DNA of 64,000 bases from Auanema rhodensis (Eukaryota > Animalia > Nematoda), in NCBI GenBank assembly GCA_964057225.1, contig OZ059897.1, positions 248,001 to 312,000 of the forward strand, written 5' to 3'. Positions 1 to 11,583 of this stretch are shown here, piece after piece (positions within the stretch are counted from its first letter, which is position 1; the number at the start of each line of letters is the position of its first letter). The notes under the pieces are model-generated. The model saw nothing but the letters and a program-made list of their open reading frames with translations, did no database searches and was not told the DNA's origin. Position numbers and translations under genes: made by a program.

Positions 1-48
1 TGTGTTATCAGATTTGCGCTAGCTTAAAAATGCACCGAGATATCAACT

Positions 49-70
49 GATATAAGTTCACACTTATATC
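49..70. other. Perfect 9-bp inverted repeat with 4-nt loop (each monomer)
   Basis: gatataagt (49-57) - tcac - acttatatc (62-70). It overlaps a second dyad, atatca (40-45)/tgatat (48-53). Confidence 0.9.
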
Positions 71-172
71 CTCGATTTTCACCCTGAAGAATTAATTTTT
101 TCGTTGAATAACATTGTCCATCGTCTTTGCCTTGAATAAAAAAATCTAAAAACATCTACTTTTTGCTAAATT

Positions 173-207
173 ATTTTGAAATTTTTCGAAAAAATTTTTG
201 TCAAAAT
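173..207. other. A/T-tract palindrome centred on TCGA (each monomer)
   Basis: tttttcgaaaaa (182-193) is a perfect 12-bp palindrome, flanked by attttga (173-179)/tcaaaat (201-207). An alternative outer pair is aaaaacat (148-155)/atgttttt (206-213). Confidence 0.88.
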
Positions 208-220
208 GTTTTTGGAAGCA

Positions 221-248
221 ATGTTGAGTGTACATGGAAACTCAACAT
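221..248. other. Perfect 9-bp inverted repeat with 10-nt loop (each monomer)
   Basis: atgttgagt (221-229) - gtacatggaa - actcaacat (240-248). An alternative pairing is agtgta (227-232)/tacact (248-253). Confidence 0.9.
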
Positions 249-322
249 ACACTAATGCATCATTTTTCAAACGATCATAACTAATTTTTGTATTAAGCGT
301 TTCTCAATGTAGTATAGTGCAT

Positions 323-389
323 TCGATGCGGATTTTTAAGCTGCGTCGATCTGTGTTATCAGATTTGCGCTAGCTTAAAAATGCACCGA
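323..389. other. Long imperfect inverted repeat (potential hairpin/cruciform), one per monomer; first complete copy given
   Basis: atttttaagct (332-342) is the exact reverse complement of agcttaaaaat (372-382). Inner pairs gcg/cgc and atctg (349-353)/cagat (360-364) surround the loop tgttat. Outer tcgatgc (323-329)/gcaccga (383-389) has one mismatch. Confidence 0.9.
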
Positions 390-2457
390 GATATCAACTG
401 ATATAAGTTCACACTTATATCCTCGATTTTCACCCTGAAGGAATAATTTTTTCGTTGAATAACATTGTCCATCGTCTTTGCCTTGAAAAAAGGAATCTAA
501 AAACATCTACTTTTTGCTAAATTATTTTGAAATTTTTCGAAAAAATTTTTGTCAAAATGTTTTTGGAAGCAATGTTGAGTGTACATGGAAACTCAACATA
601 CACTAATGCATCATTTTTCAAACGATCATAACTAATTTTTGTATTAAGCGTTTCTCAATGTAGTATAGTGCATTCGATGCGGATTTTTAAGCTGCGTCGA
701 TCTGTGTTATCAGATTTGCGCTAGCTTAAAAATGCACCGAGATATCAACTGATATAAGTTCACACTTATATCCTCGATTTTCACCCTGAAGGAATAATTT
801 TTTCGTTGAATAACATTGTCCATCGTCTTTGCCTTGAAAAAAGGAATCTAAAAACATCTACTTTTTGCTAAATTATTTTGAAATTTTTCGAAAAAATTTT
901 TGTCAAAATGTTTTTGGAAGCATTGTTGAGTGTACATGGAAACTCAACATACACTAATGCATCATTTTTCAAACGATCATAACTAATTTTTGTATTAAGC
1001 GTTTCTCAATGTAGTATAGTGCATTCGATGCGGATTTTTAAGCTGCGTCGATCTGTGTTATCAGATTTGCGCTAGCTTAAAAATGCACCGAGATATCAAC
1101 TGATATAAGTTCACACTTATATCCTCGATTTTCACCCTGAAGGAATAATTTTTTCGTTGAATAACATTGTCCATCGTCTTTGCCTTGAATAAAGCAATCT
1201 AAAAACACCTACTTTTTGCTAAATTATTTTGAAATTTTTCGAAAAAATTTTTGTCAAAATGTTTTTGGAAGCAATGTTGAGTGTACATGGAAACTCAACA
1301 TACACTAATGCATCATTTTTCAAACGATCATAACTAATTTTTGTATTGAGCGTTTCTCAATGTAGTATAGTGCATTCGATGCGGATTTTTAAGCTGCGTC
1401 GATCTGTGTTATCAGATTTGCGCTAGCTTAAAAATGCACCGAGATATCAACTGATATAAGTTCACACTTATATCCTCGATTTTCACCCTGAAGAATTAAT
1501 TTTTTCGTTGAATAACATTGTCCATCGTCTTTGCCTTGAAAAAAGTAATCTAAAAACATCTACTTTTTGCTAAATTATTTTGAAATTTTTCGAAAAAATT
1601 TTTGTCAAAATGTTTTTGGAAGCATTGTTGAGTGTACATGGAAACTCAACATACACTAATGCATCATTTTTCAAACGATCATAACTAATTTTTGTATTAA
1701 GCGTTTCTCAATGTAGTATAGTGCATTCGATGCGGATTTTTAAGCTGCGTCGATCTGTGTTATCAGATTTGCGCTAGCTTAAAAATGCACCGAGATATCA
1801 ACTGATATAAGTTCACACTTATATCCTCGATTTTCACCCAGAAGAATTAATTTTTTCGTTGAATAACATTGTCCATCGTCTTTGCCTTGAAAAATGGAAT
1901 CTAAAAACATCTACTTTTTGCTAAATTATTTTGAAATTTTTCGAAAAAATTTTTGTCAAAATGTTTTTGGAAGCAATGTTGAGTGTACATGGAAACTCAA
2001 CATACACTAATGCATCATTTTTCAAACGATCATAACTAATTTTTGTATTAAGCGTTTCTCAATGAAGTATAGTGCATTCGATGCGGATTTTTAAGCTGCG
2101 TCGATCTGTGTTATCAGATTTGCGCTAGCTTAAAAATGCACCGAGATATCAACTGATATATGTTCACACTTATATCCTCGATTTTCACCCTGAAGAATTA
2201 ATTTTTTCGTTGAATAACATTGTCCATCGTCTTTGCCTTGAAAAAAGGAATCTAAAAACATCTACTTTTTGCTAAATTATTTTGAAATTTTTCGAAAAAA
2301 TTTTTGTCAAAATGTTTTTGGAAGCAATGTTGAGTGTACATGGAAACTCAACATACACTAATGCATCATTTTTCAAACGATCATAACTTATTTTTGTATT
2401 AAGCGTTTCTCAATGTAGTATAGTGCATTCGATGCGGATTTCTAAGCTGCGTCGATC

Positions 2458-5400
2458 TCTGTTATCAGATTTGCGCTAGCTTAAAAATGCACCGAGATAT
2501 CAACTGATATAAGTTCACACTTATATCCTCGATTTTCACCCTGAAGAATTAATTTTTTCGTTGAATAACATTGTCCATCGTCTTTGCCTTAAATAAAGGA
2601 ATCTAAAAACATCTACTTTTTGCTAAATTATTTTGAAATTTTTCGAAAAAATTTTTGTCAAAATGTTTTTGGAAGCAATGTTGAGTGTACATGGAAACTC
2701 AACATACACTAATGCATCATTTTTCAAACGATCATAACTAATTTTTGTATTAAGCGTTTCTCAATGTAGTATAGTGCATTCGATGCGGATTTCTAAGCTG
2801 CGTCGATCTCTGTTATCAGATTTGCGCTAGCTTAAAAATGCACCGAGATATCAACTGATATAAGTTCACACTTATATCCTCGATTTTCACCCTGAAGAAT
2901 TAATTTTTTCGTTGAATAACATTGTCCATCGTCTTTGCCTTGAATAAAGGAATCTAAAAACACCTACTTTTTGCTAAATTATTTTGAAATTTTTCGAAAA
3001 AATTTTTGTCAAAATGTTTTTGGAAGCAATGTTGAGTGTACATGGAAACTCAACATACACTAATGCATCATTTTTCAAACGATCATAACTAATTTTTGTA
3101 TTAAGCGTTTCTCAATGTAGTATAGTGCATTCGATGCGGATTTTTAAGCTGCGTCGATCTGTGTTATCAGATTTGCGCTAGCTTAAAAATACACCGAGAT
3201 ATCAACTGATATAAGTTCACACTTATATCCTCGATTTTCACCCTGAAGGAATAATTTTTTCGTTGAATAACATTGTCCATCATCTTTGCCTTGAAAAAAG
3301 GAATCTAAAAACATCTACTTTTTGCTAAATTATTTTGAAATTTTTCGAAAAAATTTTTGTCAAAATGTTTTTGGAAGCAATGTTGAGTGTACATGGAAAC
3401 TCAACATACACTAATGCATCATTTTTCAAACGATCATAACTAATTTTTGTATTAAGCGTTTCTCAATGTAGTATAGTGCATTCGATGCGGATTTTTAAGC
3501 TGCGTCGATCTGTGTTATCAGATTTGCGCTAGCTTAAAAATGCACCGAGATATCAACTGATATAAGTTCACACTTATATCCTCGATTTTCACCCTGAAGG
3601 AATAATTTTTTCGTTGAATAACATTGTCCATCATCTTTGCCTTGAAAAAAGGAATCTAAAAACATCTACTTTTTGCTAAATTATTTTGAAATTTTTCGAA
3701 AAAATTTTTGTCAAAATGTTTTTGGAAGCAATGTTGAGTGTACATGGAAACTCAACATACACTAATGCATCATTTTTCAAACGATCATAACTAATTTTTG
3801 TATTAAGCGTTTCTCAATGTAGTATAGTGCATTCGATGCGGATTTTTAAGCTGCGTCGATCTGTGTTATCAGATTTGCGCTAGCTTAAAAATGCACCGAG
3901 ATATCAACTGATATAAGTTCACACTTATATCCTCGATTTTCACCCTGAAGAATTAATTTTTTCGTTGAATAACATTGTCCATCGTCTTTGCCTTGAATAA
4001 AGGAATCTAAAAACAATTACTTTTTGCTAAATTATTTTGAAATTTTTCGAAAAAATTTTTGTCAAAATGTTTTTGGAAGCAATGTTGAGTGTACATGGAA
4101 ACTCAACATACACTAATGCATCATTTTTCAAACGATCATAACTAATTTTTGTATTAAGCGTTTCTCAATGTAGTATAGTGCATTCGATGCGGATTTTTAA
4201 GCTGCGTCGATCTGTGTTATCAGATTTGCGCTAGCTTAAAAATGCACCGAGATATCAACTGATATAAGTTCACACTTATATCCTCGATTTTCACCCTGAA
4301 GAATTAATTTTTTCGTTGAATAACATTGTCCATCGTCTTTGCCTTGAAAAAAGAAATCTAAAAACATCTACTTTTTGCTAAATTATTTTGAAATTTTTCG
4401 AAAAAATTTTTGTCAAAATGTTTTTGGAAGCATTGTTGAGTGTACATGGAAACTCAACATACACTAATGCATCATTTTTCAAACGATCATAACTAATTTT
4501 TGTATTAAGCGTTTCTCAATGTAGTATAGTGCATTCGATGCGGATTTTTAAGCTGCGTCGATCTGTGTTATCAGATTTGCGCTAGCTTAAAAATGCACCG
4601 AGATATCAACTGATATAAGTTCACACTCATATCCTCGATTTTCACCCAGAAGAATTAATTTTTTCGTTGAATAACATTGTCCATCGTCTTTGCCTTGAAA
4701 AATGGAATCTAAAAACATCTACTTTTTGCTAAATTATTTTGAAATTTTTCGAAAAAATTTTTGTCAAAATGTTTTTGGAAGCAATGTTGAGTGTACATGG
4801 AAACTCAACATACACTAATGCATCATTTTTCAAACGATCATAACTAATTTTTGTATTAAGCGTTTCTCAATGAAGTATAGTGCATTCGATGCGGATTTTT
4901 AAGCTGCGTCGATCTGTGTTATCAGATTTGCGCTAGCTTAAAAATGCACCGAGATATCAACTGATATATGTTCACACTTATATCCTCGATTTTCACCCTG
5001 AAGAATTAATTTTTTCGTTGAATAACATTGTCCATCGTCTTTGCCTTGAAAAAAGGAATCTAAAAACATCTACTTTTTGCTAAATTATTTTGAAATTTTT
5101 CGAAAAAATTTTTGTCAAAATGTTTTTGGAAGCAATGTTGAGTGTACATGGAAACTCAACATACACTAATGCATCATTTTTCAAACGATCATAACTTATT
5201 TTTGTATTAAGCGTTTCTCAATGTAGTATAGTGCATTCGATGCGGATTTCTAAGCTGCGTCGATCTCTGTTATCAGATTTGCGCTAGCTTAAAAATGCAC
5301 CGAGATATCAACTGATATAAGTTCACACTTATATCCTCGATTTTCACCCTGAAGGAATAATTTTTTCGTTGAATAACATTGTCCATCATCTTTGCCTTGA

Positions 5401-8400
5401 AAAAAGGAATCTAAAAACATCTACTTTTTGCTAAATTATTTTGAAATTTTTCGAAAAAATTTTTGTCAAAATGTTTTTGGAAGCAATGTTGAGTGTACAT
5501 GGAAACTCAACATACACTAATGCATCATTTTTCAAACGATCATAACTAATTTTTGTATTAAGCGTTTCTCAATGTAGTATAGTGCATTCGATGCGGATTT
5601 TTAAGCTGCGTCGATCTGTGTTATCAGATTTGCGCTAGCTTAAAAATGCACCGAGATATCAACTGATATAAGTTCACACTTATATCCTCGATTTTCACCC
5701 TGAAGGAATAATTTTTTCGTTGAATAACATTGTCCATCGTCTTTGCCTTGAATAAAGCAATCTAAAAACACCTACTTTTTGCTAAATTATTTTGAAATTT
5801 TTCGAAAAAATTTTTGTCAAAATGTTTTTGGAAGCAATGTTGAGTGTACATGGAAACTCAACATACACTAATGCATCATTTTTCAAACGATCATAACTAA
5901 TTTTTGTATTGAGCGTTTCTCAATGTAGTATAGTGCATTCGATGCGGATTTTTAAGCTGCGTCGATCTGTGTTATCAGATTTGCGCTAGCTTAAAAATGC
6001 ACCGAGATATCAACTGATATAAGTTCACACTTATATCCTCGATTTTCACCCTGAAGAATTAATTTTTTCGTTGAATAACATTGTCCATCGTCTTTGCCTT
6101 GAAAAAAGAAATCTAAAAACATCTACTTTTTGCTAAATTATTTTGAAATTTTTCGAAAAAATTTTTGTCAAAATGTTTTTGGAAGCATTGTTGAGTGTAC
6201 ATGGAAACTCAACATACACTAATGCATCATTTTTCAAACGATCATAACTAATTTTTGTATTAAGCGTTTCTCAATGTAGTATAGTGCATTCGATGCGGAT
6301 TTTTAAGCTGCGTCGATCTGTGTTATCAGATTTGCGCTAGCTTAAAAATGCACCGAGATATCAACTGATATAAGTTCACACTTATATCCTCGATTTTCAC
6401 CCAGAAGAATTAATTTTTTCGTTGAATAACATTGTCCATCGTCTTTGCCTTGAAAAATGGAATCTAAAAACATCTACTTTTTGCTAAATTATTTTGAAAT
6501 TTTTCGAAAAAATTTTTGTCAAAATGTTTTTGGAAGCAATGTTGAGTGTACATGGAAACTCAACATACACTAATGCATCATTTTTCAAACGATCATAACT
6601 AATTTTTGTATTAAGCGTTTCTCAATGAAGTATAGTGCATTCGATGCGGATTTTTAAGCTGCGTCGATCTGTGTTATCAGATTTGCGCTAGCTTAAAAAT
6701 GCACCGAGATATCAACTGATATATGTTCACACTTATATCCTCGATTTTCACCCTGAAGAATTAATTTTTTCGTTGAATAACATTGTCCATCGTCTTTGCC
6801 TTGAAAAAAGGAATCTAAAAACATCTACTTTTTGCTAAATTATTTTGAAATTTTTCGAAAAAATTTTTGTCAAAATGTTTTTGGAAGCAATGTTGAGTGT
6901 ACATGGAAACTCAACATACACTAATGCATCATTTTTCAAACGATCATAACTTATTTTTGTATTAAGCGTTTCTCAATGTAGTATAGTGCATTCGATGCGG
7001 ATTTCTAAGCTGCGTCGATCTCTGTTATCAGATTTGCGCTAGCTTAAAAATGCACCGAGATATCAACTGATATAAGTTCACACTTATATCCTCGATTTTC
7101 ACCCTGAAGGAATAATTTTTTCGTTGAATAACATTGTCCATCATCTTTGCCTTGAAAAAAGGAATCTAAAAACATCTACTTTTTGCTAAATTATTTTGAA
7201 ATTTTTCGAAAAAATTTTTGTCAAAATGTTTTTGGAAGCAATGTTGAGTGTACATGGAAACTCAACATACACTAATGCATCATTTTTCAAACGATCATAA
7301 CTAATTTTTGTATTAAGCGTTTCTCAATGTAGTATAGTGCATTCGATGCGGATTTTTAAGCTGCGTCGATCTGTGTTATCAGATTTGCGCTAGCTTAAAA
7401 ATGCACCGAGATATCAACTGATATAAGTTCACACTTATATCCTCGATTTTCACTCTGAAGGAATAATTTTTTCGTTGAATAACATTGTCCATCGTCTTTG
7501 CCTTGAATAAAGCAATCTAAAAACACCTACTTTTTGCTAAATTATTTTGAAATTTTTCGAAAAAATTTTTGTCAAAATGTTTTTGGAAGCAATGTTGAGT
7601 GTACATGGAAACTCAACATACACTAATGCATCATTTTTCAAACGATCATAACTAATTTTTGTATTGAGCGTTTCTCAATGTAGTATAGTGCATTCGATGC
7701 GGATTTTTAAGCTGCGTCGATCTGTGTTATCAGATTTGCGCTAGCTTAAAAATGCACCGAGATATCAACTGATATAAGTTCACACTTATATCCTCGATTT
7801 TCACCCTGAAGAATTAATTTTTTCGTTGAATAACATTGTCCATCGTCTTTGCCTTGAAAAAAGAAATCTAAAAACATCTACTTTTTGCTAAATTATTTTG
7901 AAATTTTTCGAAAAAATTTTTGTCAAAATGTTTTTGGAAGCATTGTTGAGTGTACATGGAAACTCAACATACACTAATGCATCATTTTTCAAACGATCAT
8001 AACTAATTTTTGTATTAAGCGTTTCTCAATGTAGTATAGTGCATTCGATGCGGATTTTTAAGCTGCGTCGATCTGTGTTATCAGATTTGCGCTAGCTTAA
8101 AAATGCACCGAGATATCAACTGATATAAGTTCACACTTATATCCTCGATTTTCACCCAGAAGAATTAATTTTTTCGTTGAATAACATTGTCCATCGTCTT
8201 TGCCTTGAAAAAAGGAATCTAAAAACATCTACTTTTTGCTAAATTATTTTGAAATTTTTCGAAAAAATTTTTGTCAAAATGTTTTTGGAAGCAATGTTGA
8301 GTGTACATGGAAACTCAACATACACTAATGCATCATTTTTCAAACGATCATAACTTATTTTTGTATTAAGCGTTTCTCAATGTAGTATAGTGCATTCGAT

Positions 8401-11400
8401 GCGGATTTCTAAGCTGCGTCGATCTCTGTTATCAGATTTGCGCTAGCTTAAAAATGCACCGAGATATCAACTGATATAAGTTCACACTTATATCCTCGAT
8501 TTTCACCCTGAAGAATTAATTTTTTCGTTGAATAACATTGTCCATCGTCTTTGCCTTAAATAAAGGAATCTAAAAACATCTACTTTTTGCTAAATTATTT
8601 TGAAATTTTTCGAAAAAATTTTTGTCAAAATGTTTTTGGAAGCAATGTTGAGTGTACATGGAAACTCAACATACACTAATGCATCATTTTTCAAACGATC
8701 ATAACTAATTTTTGTATTAAGCGTTTCTCAATGTAGTATAGTGCATTCGATGCGGATTTCTAAGCTGCGTCGATTTCTGTTATCAGATTTGCGCTAGCTT
8801 AAAAATGCACCGAGATATCAACTGATATAAGTTCACACTTATATCCTCGATTTTCACCCTGAAGAATTAATTTTTTCGTTGAATAACATTGTCCATCGTC
8901 TTTGCCTTGAATAAAGGAATCTAAAAACACCTACTTTTTGCTAAATTATTTTGAAATTTTTCGAAAAAATTTTTGTCAAAATGTTTTTGGAAGCAATGTT
9001 GAGTGTACATGGAAACTCAACATACACTAATGCATCATTTTTCAAACGATCATAACTAATTTTTGTATTAAGCGTTTCTCAATGTAGTATAGTGCATTCG
9101 ATGCGGATTTTTAAGCTGCGTCGATCTGTGTTATCAGATTTGCGCTAGCTTAAAAATACACCGAGATATCAACTGATATAAGTTCACACTTATATCCTCG
9201 ATTTTCACCCTGAAGGAATAATTTTTTCGTTGAATAACATTGTCCATCATCTTTGCCTTGAAAAAAGGAATCTAAAAACATCTACTTTTTGCTAAATTAT
9301 TTTGAAATTTTTCGAAAAAATTTTTGTCAAAATGTTTTTGGAAGCAATGTTGAGTGTACATGGAAACTCAACATACACTAATGCATCATTTTTCAAACGA
9401 TCATAACTAATTTTTGTATTAAGCGTTTCTCAATGTAGTATAGTGCATTCGATGCGGATTTTTAAGCTGCGTCGATCTGTGTTATCAGATTTGCGCTAGC
9501 TTAAAAATGCACCGAGATATCAACTGATATAAGTTCACACTTATATCCTCGATTTTCACCCTGAAGGAATAATTTTTTCGTTGAATAACATTGTCCATCA
9601 TCTTTGCCTTGAAAAAAGGAATCTAAAAACATCTACTTTTTGCTAAATTATTTTGAAATTTTTCGAAAAAATTTTTGTCAAAATGTTTTTGGAAGCAATG
9701 TTGAGTGTACATGGAAACTCAACATACACTAATGCATCATTTTTCAAACGATCATAACTAATTTTTGTATTAAGCGTTTCTCAATGTAGTATAGTGCATT
9801 CGATGCGGATTTTTAAGCTGCGTCGATCTGTGTTATCAGATTTGCGCTAGCTTAAAAATGCACCGAGATATCAACTGATATAAGTTCACACTTATATCCT
9901 CGATTTTCACCCTGAAGAATTAATTTTTTCGTTGAATAACATTGTCCATCGTCTTTGCCTTGAATAAAGGAATCTAAAAACATCTACTTTTTGCTAAATT
10001 ATTTTGAAATTTTTCGAAAAAATTTTTGTCAAAATGTTTTTGGAAGCAATGTTGAGTGTACATGGAAACTCAACATACACTAATGCATCATTTTTCAAAC
10101 GATCATAACTAATTTTTGTATTAAGCGTTTCTCAATGTAGTATAGTGCATTCGATGCGGATTTTTAAGCTGCGTCGATCTGTGTTATCAGATTTGCGCTA
10201 GCTTAAAAATGCACCGAGATATCAACTGATATAAGTTCACACTTATATCCTCGATTTTCACCCTGAAGAATTAATTTTTTCGTTGAATAACATTGTCCAT
10301 CGTCTTTGCCTTGAAAAAAGAAATCTAAAAACATCTACTTTTTGCTAAATTATTTTGAAATTTTTCGAAAAAATTTTTGTCAAAATGTTTTTGGAAGCAT
10401 TGTTGAGTGTACATGGAAACTCAACATACACTAATGCATCATTTTTCAAACGATCATAACTAATTTTTGTATTAAGCGTTTCTCAATGTAGTATAGTGCA
10501 TTCGATGCGGATTTTTAAGCTGCGTCGATCTGTGTTATCAGATTTGCGCTAGCTTAAAAATGCACCGAGATATCAACTGATATAAGTTCACACTCATATC
10601 CTCGATTTTCACCCAGAAGAATTAATTTTTTCGTTGAATAACATTGTCCATCGTCTTTGCCTTGAAAAATGGAATCTAAAAACATCTACTTTTTGCTAAA
10701 TTATTTTGAAATTTTTCGAAAAAATTTTTGTCAAAATGTTTTTGGAAGCAATGTTGAGTGTACATGGAAACTCAACATACACTAATGCATCATTTTTCAA
10801 ACGATCATAACTAATTTTTGTATTAAGCGTTTCTCAATGAAGTATAGTGCATTCGATGCGGATTTTTAAGCTGCGTCGATCTGTGTTATCAGATTTGCGC
10901 TAGCTTAAAAATGCACCGAGATATCAACTGATATATGTTCACACTTATATCCTCGATTTTCACCCTGAAGAATTAATTTTTTCGTTGAATAACATTGTCC
11001 ATCGTCTTTGCCTTGAAAAAAGGAATCTAAAAACATCTACTTTTTGCTAAATTATTTTGAAATTTTTCGAAAAAATTTTTGTCAAAATGTTTTTGGAAGC
11101 AATGTTGAGTGTACATGGAAACTCAACATACACTAATGCATCATTTTTCAAACGATCATAACTTATTTTTGTATTAAGCGTTTCTCAATGTAGTATAGTG
11201 CATTCGATGCGGATTTCTAAGCTGCGTCGATCTCTGTTATCAGATTTGCGCTAGCTTAAAAATGCACCGAGATATCAACTGATATAAGTTCACACTTATA
11301 TCCTCGATTTTCACCCTGAAGGAATAATTTTTTCGTTGAATAACATTGTCCATCATCTTTGCCTTGAAAAAAGGAATCTAAAAACATCTACTTTTTGCTA

Positions 11401-11583
11401 AATTATTTTGAAATTTTTCGAAAAAATTTTTGTCAAAATGTTTTTGGAAGCAATGTTGAGTGTACATGGAAACTCAACATACACTAATGCATCATTTTTC
11501 AAACGATCATAACTAATTTTTGTATTAAGCGTTTCTCAATGTAGTATAGTGCATTCGATGCGGATTTTTAAGCTGCGTCGATC
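2458..11583. repeat. Block duplication at 17-monomer spacing (M8-16 at 2458-5616 matches M25-33 at 8425-11583)
   Basis: The rare variant cactcat occurs at 4628 and 10595 (difference 5967 = 17 x 351). Neighbouring monomer types match in order. Confidence 0.85.
4213..7722. repeat. 5-mer higher-order duplication (1755 bp x2; M13-17 and M18-22)
   Basis: The same variant order occurs twice: aaaaaga+gcatt / cccag+aaatgg+atgaag / tatatg+acttat+ttctaag / gatctct+ggaata+catcat / aataaagc+cacc+ttgag. Confidence 0.85.

Larger units (their letters stand above)
1..351. repeat. Representative 351-bp monomer (M1; arbitrary phase), ~31% GC, rich in A/T tracts
   Basis: Hand count: 57 C and 51 G in 351 nt, 12 CpG. 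Many A4-7/T4-6 runs, densest at 135-213. Confidence 0.97.

Noticed and set aside
49-79. Rho-independent terminator or operator site
   Set aside because: The stem is AT-rich, there is no upstream gene, and the context is eukaryote-like satellite.
99-115. CENP-B box-like tttcgttgaataacatt
   Set aside because: It matches TTCG....A but lacks the essential CGGG (5 of 9 core positions), which is expected by chance.
135-140. AATAAA polyadenylation signal, and TATA-like tataag at 51-56
   Set aside because: These are short AT-rich words in a 69% AT repeat, AATAAA is present in only some alleles, and there is no gene context.
1-351. Tandem 5S rRNA, tRNA, snRNA or spliced-leader gene array
   Set aside because: No recognisable 5S or spliced-leader sequence, cloverleaf or proper A/B boxes (gttcacac at 56-63 is a poor B-box match). 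An Infernal/Rfam scan would settle it.
1-351. Assignment to Drosophila 1.688 (359-bp) or a tenebrionid beetle satellite
   Set aside because: Only length and AT content are similar; I recognise no sequence match and cannot run a search.
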